Below are positions 13,060 through 23,717 of a stretch of 32,000 nt of DNA, in pieces; positions within the stretch are counted from its first letter, which is position 1, and every line of letters starts with the position of its first letter. Under the pieces are notes generated by a model. The model had not been told where the DNA came from, did no database searches, and saw only the letters and a program-made list of their open reading frames with translations. The stretch is from Halomicrobium mukohataei DSM 12286 (GTDB lineage: Archaea > Halobacteriota > Halobacteria > Halobacteriales > Haloarculaceae), in the NCBI RefSeq assembly GCF_000023965.1, contig NC_013202.1:2610001-2642000 (forward strand), given 5' to 3'. Both the position numbers and the translations under genes were made by a program.

Positions 13060-14271
13060 TCACTCGGCGAAGCCGTCGGCTCGAAGCGTCTCGTAGATGG
13101 CGTTGAGCTGGTGGTAGCCGACTTTGACCTCTGGCGTGTCGTCGATTGCGTCGGTCGCGACCTCGTTGTCCGGCGTCAACTGGAAGTACCAGTTCCCGTA
13201 GCGGTCGTTGACCGCGTGGTCCAGCGCGTAGTTCCAGATCCGGTCGTACCACGCTCGATACCGGTCGTCGTCGAAGCGGTCGGCCAGCAGTGCGGTCGCG
13301 CCGATTCCCTCACACAGCGGCCAGTAGTACTTGTTCTCGACGAGCGGGTCGCCGTCCCGGTCGAAGTTGTAGACGAAGCCGCCGCGGTCGTCGTCCCAGC
13401 CGTTCTCGACGGCGGCATCGAAGAAGCGAACGGCGCGGTCGGCGAACCACGGAGCGTCGCGGTGGCGAGCCAGTATCAGGAGGAGTTTGCTCCACTCCAG
13501 CAGGTGGCCAGGCTGATAGCCCCAGGGCCGGAAGAGGTCGCCCGGCTTGTCGCGGTTGTACGCCCAGTCGTGGTCCCACTCGCTCGTGTAGTGTTCCCAC
13601 AGCAGGCCGTCGCCCTCGTCGGCGAGGTCGCGAGCCAGCCCCTCGGCGATACGAGCGGCGCGGTCGAGGTACTCCTCGGTTCCGGTGGCCTCGTAGGCGG
13701 CCAACAGCGCCTCGCAGGTGTGCATGTTGGCGTTCTGGCCGCGGTAGTCGCTCGTGCCGGACCAGTCGCGGTCGAGTTCGACGCGACAGCGACCGTGCTC
13801 GTCCTCCCAGAAGTGCTCGTCGAGCAGCGCGTACGCGGGCTCGATCCGTTCGCGGGCACCCGGGACGCCGGCACGTGCAGCCGTCGCGTACGCCAGGAGG
13901 ACGAACGCGTGGCCGTAACACCGCTTGCCGCCGTCGGCCACGTCCTGTCCGTCCAGCTGCCAGACGTACCCGCCGTGGCGGTCGTCGCGGTGGTGTCGTT
14001 CGAGGTGACGAATGCCGTGTGCAGCCATCTCCTCGCAGTAGTGGGGGCCATCGAGGAGTGCGCCGACGCTGTAGTTGAACACGAAGCGGGCGGTGGCCGG
14101 CAAGAGCTTGGCGCGAGCGTCGTAGACGGTGCCGTCGCGGTCGCTGATCTGTGGGACGAACCCGCCGTGAGTCGTGTCGACGGACCGTTGGTGGTAGAAC
14201 TCGAGCACGGAGAGCGCGTGTCGCCGGAGGTACCGGGGATCTCTGACTGTCGTGTCGGTGCGGGCGAGCAT
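13060..14271 (-). CDS. N-acylglucosamine 2-epimerase (AGE) family isomerase/epimerase, alpha/alpha-toroid fold
   Basis: 403 aa from the internal ATG (MLARTDTT...). W/H-rich repeat helices resemble the AGE family (GGF, WEH, GYQPGHLLEW). The start was trimmed to avoid an Arg/Ser-rich extension and to sit about 27 nt from a TATA-like box. Confidence 0.7.
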   Translation of the reverse strand: MLARTDTTVRDPRYLRRHALSVLEFYHQRSVDTTHGGFVPQISDRDGTVYDARAKLLPATARFVFNYSVGALLDGPHYCEEMAAHGIRHLERHHRDDRHGGYVWQLDGQDVADGGKRCYGHAFVLLAYATAARAGVPGARERIEPAYALLDEHFWEDEHGRCRVELDRDWSGTSDYRGQNANMHTCEALLAAYEATGTEEYLDRAARIAEGLARDLADEGDGLLWEHYTSEWDHDWAYNRDKPGDLFRPWGYQPGHLLEWSKLLLILARHRDAPWFADRAVRFFDAAVENGWDDDRGGFVYNFDRDGDPLVENKYYWPLCEGIGATALLADRFDDDRYRAWYDRIWNYALDHAVNDRYGNWYFQLTPDNEVATDAIDDTPEVKVGYHQLNAIYETLRADGFAE

Positions 14272-14293
14272 TGCCGGCCCGTCGACGTGACGA

Positions 14294-14301
14294 GTAATAA
14301 G
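14294..14301 (-). promoter_or_regulatory. TATA-like box (CTTATTAC on the minus strand) for the AGE-family gene
   Basis: About 27 nt upstream of the ATG at 14271. Confidence 0.35.
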
Positions 14302-14371
14302 CTTGCCCGAACTCGCAGGTCGTGTTTCACAGCGAGTGCCGTCGGCCAGAACGGACCGGCGGCGGTCCGGT

Positions 14372-15280
14372 TCACAGGATCCGTTTGCCCATCGCGCTGG
14401 CGGTGAGTTCACAGGCCAACTCCGCGGTCTGGTTGTGCGTGTCGAGGATGGGGTTGGCCTCGACGACCTCCATCGAGCACAGTTCGGTGTCACAGTTGGC
14501 GACGTACTCCATGGCGACGTGGGCTTCCCGATACGAGACGCCGCCCCGGACCGGCGTTCCGACGCCCGGCGCTTCGTTGGGATCGAGCCAGTCCATATCG
14601 AGACTGACGTGCAGGCCGTCGGTGCCGTCTCCGGCGACGGTCAGGGCCGACTCGACAACGTCCGTCACGCCGCGGTCGTCGATGTCGCTCATCGTGTAGG
14701 CCGTCACCGGCGACTCCTGGATGCGTCGACGCTCGCCCTCGTCGAGGCTCCGCAGCCCCACGAGTGCGACGTTCTCGGGGTCGACGTTCGAGGCGTGTGC
14801 CCAGTCGGTGTCCGCGAAGGAACCGAACCCGAGAATCGCGGCCAGCGGCATGCCGTGGACGTTGCCACTCGGCGTCGTTTCGGGGGTGTTGCAGTCCCCG
14901 TGAGCGTCGAACCAGACGATACCGATGTCGTCGGCCGTGGTGCCCGCGACCGTTCCGATCGCGATGGAGTGGTCGCCGCCCAGAACGAGCGGGAACTCGC
15001 CCGCGCTCGCCGTCGAGTCGACGGCCGACGCGATGCGTTCACAGACCACCTCCGTCTCGGCGAGGTACTTCGCTCGCCCGTCGACCGATTCGTCGGCGAC
15101 CGGCTCCAGCTCCTCTGGGCGTGGAACCGTCACGTCACCGTAGTCGACACACTCGATGGCGGCCGATTCGAGCTGGTCGGCGAGGCCGGCGTACCTGATC
15201 GCCGAGGGACCCATGTCGACGCCGCGGCGATCCGCTCCGAGGTCCATCGGTGCACCGATGAGACGTACCTGTCGGTCCAT
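14372..15280 (-). CDS. rocF: Arginase (ureohydrolase family)
   Basis: 302 aa. The N-terminus IGAPMDLGADRRGVDMGPSAIRYAGL is very like bacterial arginases. Mn-binding motifs GGDHSIAIG, DAHGD and SLDMDWLDP are present. Confidence 0.85.
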   Translation of the reverse strand: MDRQVRLIGAPMDLGADRRGVDMGPSAIRYAGLADQLESAAIECVDYGDVTVPRPEELEPVADESVDGRAKYLAETEVVCERIASAVDSTASAGEFPLVLGGDHSIAIGTVAGTTADDIGIVWFDAHGDCNTPETTPSGNVHGMPLAAILGFGSFADTDWAHASNVDPENVALVGLRSLDEGERRRIQESPVTAYTMSDIDDRGVTDVVESALTVAGDGTDGLHVSLDMDWLDPNEAPGVGTPVRGGVSYREAHVAMEYVANCDTELCSMEVVEANPILDTHNQTAELACELTASAMGKRIL

Positions 15281-15304
15281 GTCGGGGGGCTACGCGAGCC
15301 GGCA

Positions 15305-15310
15305 CTAAAA
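15305..15310 (-). promoter_or_regulatory. TATA-like box (TTTTAG on the minus strand) for the arginase gene
   Basis: About 28 nt upstream of the ATG at 15280. Confidence 0.35.
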
Positions 15311-15673
15311 GACAGATGGACGACGCGAGCTGCGATCCGTGCCAGCCGGGCGCGTGCTGCTACTGTCGGCCGTCCGTCCGTGACCGATGTCGCTACCCCG
15401 GTATGGCGAATATCGCCACGACGTTACAGCCAACAGTACGAATCGAGGGAGTCCTATCAACAGTATCTAATCGTTCTGTGAAGAACTGGGCTGACGACGG
15501 TACTCGTGGGTGTGACTCTGACGACGGGCAGAACTTCAAGTCGGGTCGCGACGAGTGTCGAGAAACACCGGCCCTGTCGAGGAACTCCCGGAGACAGTGC
15601 TGTTTCCGCTCGATTTGTGAATGTGGTTTTTTACCACGATACACAGTGACAGTCGGGATGGGGTCACCGTCGG

Positions 15674-15681
15674 CTTTAAGG
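15674..15681 (+). promoter_or_regulatory. TATA-like box (CTTTAAGG) for the winged-helix gene
   Basis: About 27 nt upstream of the ATG at 15705, which supports the internal start. Confidence 0.4.
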
Positions 15682-15704
15682 ACAGGTACATCCAATCTTC
15701 GGTT

Positions 15705-16238
15705 ATGTCATCAATCGAACTCACACCCAGTCAGAAGAACATCTTGCAGGAACTGGTCAACCTGTACAAAGAGAGCGAGAGTGCGGTCAAGGGAGAAGAC
15801 ATCGCCGAGAAGGTCGACCGCAACCCCGGAACGATCCGTAACCAGATGCAGAGTCTGAAGGCGCTCCAGCTCGTCGAGGGCGTGCCCGGTCCGAAAGGCG
15901 GGTACAAGCCGACGGCGAACGCGTACGACGCGCTCCAGATCCAGGATATGGACGACGCCGCACGGGTCCCGCTCCGACACAACGGCGAGCTCCTCGAAGA
16001 CGCCAACGTCGAAGAGATCGACCTGACGAGCGTTCACCATCCCGAGAAGTGTCGTGCCGAACTCCAGTTGCAGGGTTCGATCTCGGATTTCCACGAGGGC
16101 GACTCGGTCACCGTCGGCCCGACGCCGCTCTCGAAGCTCCAGATCATCGGTACCCTCGCGGGAAAAGACGACACCAGCAACAAGCTGATCCTGACTATCG
16201 ACGACATGCGGGCACCGGCCGGCGAACCGGAACATTAA
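15705..16238 (+). CDS. Winged-helix DNA-binding protein with a C-terminal beta-rich domain (putative transcription regulator)
   Basis: 177 aa from the internal ATG. The N-terminal LTPSQKNILQELVNLYKE...GEDIAEKVDRNPGTIRNQMQSLKALQLVEG looks like a wHTH. I did not recognise the C-terminal domain. Confidence 0.6.
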   Translation: MSSIELTPSQKNILQELVNLYKESESAVKGEDIAEKVDRNPGTIRNQMQSLKALQLVEGVPGPKGGYKPTANAYDALQIQDMDDAARVPLRHNGELLEDANVEEIDLTSVHHPEKCRAELQLQGSISDFHEGDSVTVGPTPLSKLQIIGTLAGKDDTSNKLILTIDDMRAPAGEPEH

Positions 16239-16307
16239 TTCTGTCGTTCGTTTCCCGATAGTGGAAGTTTAGCGTTTCTAACTATTATTCAAGCCTTCAT
16301 TTCGTGA

Positions 16308-16320
16308 CATAAATAATAAA
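16308..16320 (+). promoter_or_regulatory. AT-rich TATA-like element (ATAAATAATAAAT) upstream of the protease gene
   Basis: Lies in the low-GC spacer 16239-16348, 30-40 nt upstream of the ATG at 16349. Confidence 0.4.
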
Positions 16321-16348
16321 TGCAGCCCCGCTGAATGTTTGATCGTCC

Positions 16349-18358
<2,010 letters not shown>

Positions 18359-18563
18359 TCGCTGTCGCACCGTCGGCCGTCGCTCCGTGACGGCGTTCGC
18401 GACGCCGGGTCGCGAATAGCACACCGCAGCAGGCGGCCGACGACGCGACCTCAGCGCCCGCCGTTCCCGTCGAATCGGGGCGACGTGGCGAAGAGACAAC
18501 GCAGTTGCCACAGGAGAGCGATTTCAAAGCCTTTGTATCGCCCGCTGCCCGACCTTTTCACAC

Positions 18564-19739
18564 ATGACCGACAACGTTGTCGTTCTCGGAGCTGGCTACG
18601 CCGGCGCGGGTGCGATAAAGAGCCTCGAAGACGAACTGAACGGCGAGGCCGACATCACTTGGATCTCGGACACCGACTACCACCTGGTACTCCACGAGTC
18701 CCACCGCTGTATCCGTGACCCGACCGTCCAGGAGAAGGTGACCATCCCCGTCGGCGACATCAAGTCTCGACAGACCGACTTCGTGCAGGCGTCGGTCGCC
18801 GACATCGACACCGAGGAGCGCGTCGTCGAACTCGACGACGACTCGACGGTCGAGTACGACTACCTCCTCGTCGCCATCGGTTCCCAGACCGCCTTCTTCG
18901 GTATCGAGGGACTGGCGGAGTACGCACACACGCTCAAGTCGCTGGACGACGCCCTGAACATCCACGACGCCATCGCCAGCGCCGCCAGAGACGCGACGCA
19001 GAACGATCCCGCTCAGATCGTCGTCGGCGGTGCCGGCCTCTCTGGCATCCAGACGGCCGGAGAGATCGCCGAGTACCGCGACGAGCGCCGCGCGCCCCTG
19101 GAGATTCACCTCGTCGAGGGACTCGACGAAGTGATGCCCAACGGCGATCCCGAGCTACAGGGCGCGATCCGCAAGCGCCTCGAAGCGGCGGACATCAACA
19201 TCATGTGTGGCGAGTTCATCGGCGAGGTCGACGAGGACACGGTCTACGTCGGCGAAGAGACGGAACTCGACTACGACGAACTCATCTGGACCGGCGGCAT
19301 CACCGGCCGCGACGCCGTCCGCGACGTGGAACTGGACAAAGACGAACGCTCCCATCGCATCGACTCCGAGCGTGACTTCCAGACCTCCGACGACCGCGTC
19401 TTCGCCATCGGCGACTGCGCGCTGATCGACCAGCCCGGCGACGACCCCGCACCACCGACCGCTCAGGCCGCCTGGCAGGCCGCCGAGGTCGCCGGTCGGA
19501 ACCTCGCGCGCGCCGTCCGGGGCCAGCCACTGGACACGTGGACCTACGACGACATGGGGACGGTCGTCTCCGTCGGCGACAAGGCCGTCGCCCACGACGT
19601 GGAGTACATGGGCATCAGCGTCCCCGTCGACACGTTCGGTGGCTTCCTCGCTGAGAACCTCAAGAAGGCCATCGCAGCCAAGTGGATCCGCCGAGTCTCG
19701 ACGACCGGCCGGGCCGCCAAGGCCTGGCCCGACATGTAA
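18564..19739 (+). CDS. ndh: Type II NADH dehydrogenase (NDH-2) / FAD-dependent pyridine nucleotide-disulfide oxidoreductase
   Basis: 391 aa. Two Rossmann GxGxxG motifs are present (VVLGAGYAGAG and VVGGAGLSGIQTAGE), plus the late FAIGDCA motif. Confidence 0.85.
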   Translation: MTDNVVVLGAGYAGAGAIKSLEDELNGEADITWISDTDYHLVLHESHRCIRDPTVQEKVTIPVGDIKSRQTDFVQASVADIDTEERVVELDDDSTVEYDYLLVAIGSQTAFFGIEGLAEYAHTLKSLDDALNIHDAIASAARDATQNDPAQIVVGGAGLSGIQTAGEIAEYRDERRAPLEIHLVEGLDEVMPNGDPELQGAIRKRLEAADINIMCGEFIGEVDEDTVYVGEETELDYDELIWTGGITGRDAVRDVELDKDERSHRIDSERDFQTSDDRVFAIGDCALIDQPGDDPAPPTAQAAWQAAEVAGRNLARAVRGQPLDTWTYDDMGTVVSVGDKAVAHDVEYMGISVPVDTFGGFLAENLKKAIAAKWIRRVSTTGRAAKAWPDM

Positions 19740-19774
19740 GTCGGGCGTTTCTGTCGGGCAGTTACACACCCGAT

Positions 19775-20161
19775 TTACCGCTCGCGAACGACGACAGCCG
19801 CGTGTACCGCCAGGACGACCAGCGCGGACAGCACGACCCCGACGCCGAGTGGCCCCTCGAAGACGGCTCTCGCGTACGGCACCGCGCCGACCGCGATCGG
19901 TTCGCCGAGTGGGAACGGCGTCACCAGTCGTGTAGGCTGAGCGGAACCGTGAACGTACCCGGCGAAGTAGCCGTGTCCATAGAGTTCCGGGGGCGAGAGA
20001 TACACGATCCGCTCGTACAGCGCCTCGATGCCGAGTCGGTACAACAGGTACGACACCGTGACGACGCCGACGAGTCGTTTTACCGCACGAGCGTACGCGG
20101 CGAGGTACCAGCGTCTGGCCGGGCGGAGCTGTGGTCGTTCGTACGATCGCATTGCTTTCAC
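19775..20161 (-). CDS. Hypothetical membrane protein
   Basis: 128 aa with high GC3 and two hydrophobic segments. A TATA-like TCATATAT (minus strand, 20174-20181) lies upstream. The second ATG at 20152 gives better promoter spacing, so the true start may be there. Confidence 0.5.
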   Translation of the reverse strand: MKAMRSYERPQLRPARRWYLAAYARAVKRLVGVVTVSYLLYRLGIEALYERIVYLSPPELYGHGYFAGYVHGSAQPTRLVTPFPLGEPIAVGAVPYARAVFEGPLGVGVVLSALVVLAVHAAVVVRER

Positions 20162-20229
20162 GTAACTCCAGGCATATATGAATGTTCGCCCGACGGAGAT
20201 CCCAGAGTCCTACGATACTCCGTCTCGAC

Positions 20230-21048
20230 TCACAGCGACAGGCCGGCGTGCCAGTGGTCGGCGTCGCTGGCTTCGACGGCCGCGTCCATCCGCGCGAGGT
20301 AGTCGATCGCGAGACTCGCGGTCTTTGCGGCCCTGCGTTCTCCTTCCGTGCGAAACTCTCCGGTGACGCGGTTGGCGTAGACCGTACAGACCGCGCCGGC
20401 CCGGAGCCCGTAGAGGTTCGCCAGCGTCAGGATGGCGCTGGCTTCCATCTCGAAGTTGAGGACGCCGGCCTCACGGAGTGCGTCGATGCGCTCGTCGCTC
20501 CCGCTGGCCTCGAAGCCCTCGAAGCCGGGCCGTGACTGGCCGGCGTAGAAGCTGTCCGTCGAACAGGTCAGTCCGAGGTGGTAGTCGTATCCTAACTCCT
20601 CTGCGGCGGCGACGAGCGCCGAGACGACGCGGTGATCGGCGGTCGCGGGGTAGTCCTCGCGGACGTACTCCTCGCTGGTTCCCTCCTGTCGGACCGCGCC
20701 CGTGGTGATGATCAGATCGCCGATGCTGGCCTGCTCCTGGATCGCGCCACAGGAACCGACGCGGAGCAGCGTCTCGGCGTCGACGCGAGCCAGTTCTTCG
20801 ACGGCGATGGCTGCCGAGGGCGAACCGATCCCGGTCGACGTGACCGAAATCGGCGTTCCGTCGTACTCCCCGGTCGCCGTGCGGTACTCTCGGTGGTCTG
20901 CGACGACCTCGTGGTCGTCCCAGGACTCGACGACCTTGGCGACGCGCTCGGGGTTGCCCGGCAGGAGGACGCTGGGTGCCACGTCGCCCGGCGCGACTTC
21001 GAGGTGGTACTGCTCGCCGTCGTTGGGATCTTCGCTGTCGTCGGTCAT
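20230..21048 (-). CDS. udp: Uridine phosphorylase / PNP-UDP family 1 nucleoside phosphorylase
   Basis: 272 aa. Family motifs are RVGSCGA and NFEMEAS. The start overlaps the cdd stop by 4 nt (ATGA). Confidence 0.8.
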   Translation of the reverse strand: MTDDSEDPNDGEQYHLEVAPGDVAPSVLLPGNPERVAKVVESWDDHEVVADHREYRTATGEYDGTPISVTSTGIGSPSAAIAVEELARVDAETLLRVGSCGAIQEQASIGDLIITTGAVRQEGTSEEYVREDYPATADHRVVSALVAAAEELGYDYHLGLTCSTDSFYAGQSRPGFEGFEASGSDERIDALREAGVLNFEMEASAILTLANLYGLRAGAVCTVYANRVTGEFRTEGERRAAKTASLAIDYLARMDAAVEASDADHWHAGLSL

Positions 21049-21434
21049 TCCAGGTGCTCCTGTGTGATCGTCGCCGGAATCAGTTCGCCCAGCTGGTACG
21101 TCGTCGTCTCGCCGTCGCCCTCGTCACAGACCACCGGCAGGTCGTCGTCACAGAACTCGATCAGCGTCTGGCGGCACATCCCGCAGGGAGTGACGCCGTC
21201 GCGAGCGTCCGACGAGACGGCGATCCGCTCGAACTCCCGGTGACCGTCCGCGACCGCGCTCCCGACGGCGACCTCCTCGGCGTGGAGGCTGTTGCTGTAG
21301 TTGGCGTTCTCGACGTTGCAGCCGGTGTACACCGCGCCGTCGGCGGTCTCGATCGCCGCACCGACGCCGTACTCGGAGTACGGCGCGAACGACTCCTCGA
21401 CCGCCGTTCTGGCTGCTTCGACCAGCGAATCCAT
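21045..21434 (-). CDS. cdd: Cytidine deaminase
   Basis: 129 aa from the internal ATG (MDSLVEAAR...). Zinc motifs HAEEVA and PCGMCRQ are present. The 269-aa track ORF is an Arg-rich over-extension. Confidence 0.9.
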   Translation of the reverse strand: MDSLVEAARTAVEESFAPYSEYGVGAAIETADGAVYTGCNVENANYSNSLHAEEVAVGSAVADGHREFERIAVSSDARDGVTPCGMCRQTLIEFCDDDLPVVCDEGDGETTTYQLGELIPATITQEHLE

Positions 21435-21493
21435 GTGCAGGGCCACGGCTGGCCGGGTCAAATAGCCATCGCCCAGAAGGACGGGCGACCGGC

Positions 21494-22831
21494 TCAGGCT
21501 GCCGTGGTGACCGCCTGCTCGACGATCTGGGCGACCCGTTCGACGAGGTCGTCCACGTCGTCGCTCTCGGCGTACACTCGGACGTAGGGCTCGGTGCCGG
21601 AGGGGCGCACGAGGGTCCACGAGTCGTCGGGGAACGTCAGCCGGACGCCGTACTCCGTCTCGACGGCGGCCTCGGGAAACGTCTCGGGGAGCGTCGTCGC
21701 CAGCCGCTCCATCGTCGCCGTCTTGTGCTCGTCCGGACAGTCCACGCTGTGTTTGCGGTAGGGTCGCTCGGTGACGGGCTCCCGGAGCGCGTCGAGTCCT
21801 TCGTCGTCGATCAGCGCCGTCAGGACGGCTGCGCTGACGACGCCGTCGATCCACCCGCCGAAGCCGGTGTGGACGTGTTTCCAGGGTTCGGCGGCGAAGA
21901 CGACGCTCCCCTCCGCGGCCGCGATGCCCTCGTGGAGCGCACCGAGTCGGATCCGCTCGACGCGACCGCCGGCCTCGTCGACCCGCTCGTCGATCCGGCC
22001 GGAGGCGTTGGGCGTCGTCACGACGACCGGGTCCCGAGCGGACGAGCGGCGAACGTAGTGTTCGGCCAGTATCGCGAGGACGGTGTCCTCGTGGACCACG
22101 TCACCGTCGGCGTCGACGATCACGATGCGGTCCGCGTCGCCGTCGTGGCCGATGCCGAAGGCCGCGTCCGTGTCGGCGACGAACGAGCGGAGTGCGGCCA
22201 GTGACTCCGGCGTGGGCTTGCTCTGGCGGGCTGGAAAGTGACCGTCGACCGACGCTTCGAGCGCGCGCACGTCCGCACCGAGTGCGCGGAGGACCTGTGG
22301 CGTCGCGAGCGAACCCATCCCGTTGCCACAGTCGACCGCGACCGTGACATCCAGGGGGCCGTTCCCGTGATCCGCCGCGTAGGCCGCGACCGCGTCACGG
22401 TACTTGTCGAGCACTGTGGCTCGCTCCGTATCGCCCCACGCGGACCACTCGGCGGCGTTGTCGCCGTCAGCGACTCGCTCCTCGACTCGCGCCTCGGCCT
22501 CGCGGTCGTACTCGCTGCCGTCGACGAACAGCTTGATGCCGTTGTCCTCCGGCGGATTGTGACTCGCCGTAAGCATGACGCCCCGCTGGCCCTGCGAGGC
22601 GTACGCGAGCGCTGGCGTCGGACACTGACCGATGCGGACGACCGAACCGCCCGCGCTTTCGATGCCCGCTTCGACTGCCGCGGCGAGGGCCGGGCTGGTG
22701 ACGCGACCGTCGAAGCCGACGACGAACTCCGCGCCGTCGCGGCCGACCGCCTGGCCGACCCGAAGCGCGCGTTCGGGCGTCACTGTCTCGGCGACCGTAC
22801 CACGGATTCCCGCCGTCCCGAACAGTTCCAT
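21494..22831 (-). CDS. alpha-D-phosphohexomutase superfamily enzyme (phosphomannomutase/phosphoglucosamine mutase family, possibly phosphopentomutase)
   Basis: 445 aa. Contains the phosphoserine loop TASHNPPEDNGIK, the metal loop GHDGDADR and the phosphate loop RPSGTEPYVRVY. The sugar-binding loop is atypical (AAEPWKH). Confidence 0.85.
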   Translation of the reverse strand: MELFGTAGIRGTVAETVTPERALRVGQAVGRDGAEFVVGFDGRVTSPALAAAVEAGIESAGGSVVRIGQCPTPALAYASQGQRGVMLTASHNPPEDNGIKLFVDGSEYDREAEARVEERVADGDNAAEWSAWGDTERATVLDKYRDAVAAYAADHGNGPLDVTVAVDCGNGMGSLATPQVLRALGADVRALEASVDGHFPARQSKPTPESLAALRSFVADTDAAFGIGHDGDADRIVIVDADGDVVHEDTVLAILAEHYVRRSSARDPVVVTTPNASGRIDERVDEAGGRVERIRLGALHEGIAAAEGSVVFAAEPWKHVHTGFGGWIDGVVSAAVLTALIDDEGLDALREPVTERPYRKHSVDCPDEHKTATMERLATTLPETFPEAAVETEYGVRLTFPDDSWTLVRPSGTEPYVRVYAESDDVDDLVERVAQIVEQAVTTAA

Positions 22832-22919
22832 ACGTCACCGGTCGTTCGGGCCGCACTTGGGGGTAGCGGTACGCTCTCGTGGTGGCAGTCGGCCTCGAAC
22901 GGATCGTCGGTAGGGAGAA

Positions 22920-23093
22920 TTAGCTCGGCGTCGCACCCGCGTACGCGCCTTCCAGTCGAAGCACGACTCTGTGGATCGGCAGCGACAGCCCCATCCGACC
23001 GAACAGGAGTGCGATCGGGAGCAACACGATGCCCAGCAGCAGGCTGAACTGGTACAGTGCGAACACGAAGCCGCGGTAGAGTTGCGATTCCAT
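22920..23093 (-). CDS. Small hypothetical membrane protein (57 aa)
   Basis: MESQLYRGFVFALYQFSLLLGIVLLPIALLFGRMGL... with high GC3. The longer 115-aa track ORF would place a strong TATA box inside the coding region. Confidence 0.5.
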   Translation of the reverse strand: MESQLYRGFVFALYQFSLLLGIVLLPIALLFGRMGLSLPIHRVVLRLEGAYAGATPS

Positions 23094-23124
23094 CGTCCCT
23101 CGCTCTGCTATGGGCGAGTAGGAG

Positions 23125-23132
23125 TATATAAA
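23125..23132 (-). promoter_or_regulatory. TATA box (TTTATATA on the minus strand)
   Basis: Near-consensus archaeal TATA about 35 nt upstream of the ATG at 23093. Confidence 0.45.
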
Positions 23133-23345
23133 GGTTAGCATCGGGCCACCGGCGTCGAATCGACCGCAGTCGTGCGGTTTCGTCGGTTCGTCCCGTCGAC
23201 GCATCCCGCCTCGAAGATCCGCCGATGTTCGGGTAATGGAGCCGTTGGCACTACGGGACGTTCGCATAACTTATGACGATATTCGCCGTCTCGTGCGCAG
23301 GCACGAATCAAAACACACGTGTAGTGGGGACGCGGAGAAACGTGT

Positions 23346-23717
23346 ATGAATTACCTCGTGGCGATGGAAGCAGCCTGGTTGGTCAGAGACGTCGAAGACA
23401 TCGACGACGCGATCGGTGTCGCAGTCAGCGAAGCGGGGAAACGCCTCAACGAGTCCGAGATGGACTACGTCGAGGTCGAGGTCGGTGCGACGGGCTGTCC
23501 CGCCTGTGGCGAGCCCTTCGACTCCGCGTTCATCGCCGCCGACACCGCGCTGGTCGGCCTCGTCCTCGAAATGAAGGTGTTCAACGCGGAGTCGATCGAA
23601 CACGCCCAGCGGATCGCCAAAAGCGAGATCGGCGGGTCGCTGCGCGACGTGCCGCTGAAAGTCATCGACACGATCGAGTTCGAGGGCGAGGAAGCCGACG
23701 CCGACACACAGGCCTGA
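23346..23717 (+). CDS. UPF0212 / DUF555 family conserved archaeal protein
   Basis: 123 aa. From memory, [35 protein letters not shown]...CPACGEPF...[10 protein letters not shown] closely resembles UPF0212 proteins of methanogens. Confidence 0.7.
   Translation: MNYLVAMEAAWLVRDVEDIDDAIGVAVSEAGKRLNESEMDYVEVEVGATGCPACGEPFDSAFIAADTALVGLVLEMKVFNAESIEHAQRIAKSEIGGSLRDVPLKVIDTIEFEGEEADADTQA

Noticed and set aside
12964-14406. 480-aa plus-strand ORF opposite the AGE-family gene, plus several Arg-rich ORFs between 13290 and 14375
   Set aside because: These are shadow ORFs with Val/Arg/Ala/Gly-rich translations. The minus-strand frame has the W/H/Y-rich pattern of a real alpha-toroid enzyme.
15316-15858. 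180-aa plus-strand and 100-aa minus-strand (15393-15695) ORFs in the arginase / winged-helix spacer
   Set aside because: They are Cys/Arg/Ser-rich and have low GC3 compared with every confident gene in the window. They also run into the winged-helix CDS out of frame. The region is treated as non-coding (see the spacer finding).
19682-20302. 206-aa plus-strand ORF bridging the ndh 3-prime end, the 128-aa membrane gene and the udp 3-prime end
   Set aside because: It overlaps three better-supported genes and has no motifs. The minus-strand 128-aa frame has better GC3, hydrophobic helices and a TATA box.
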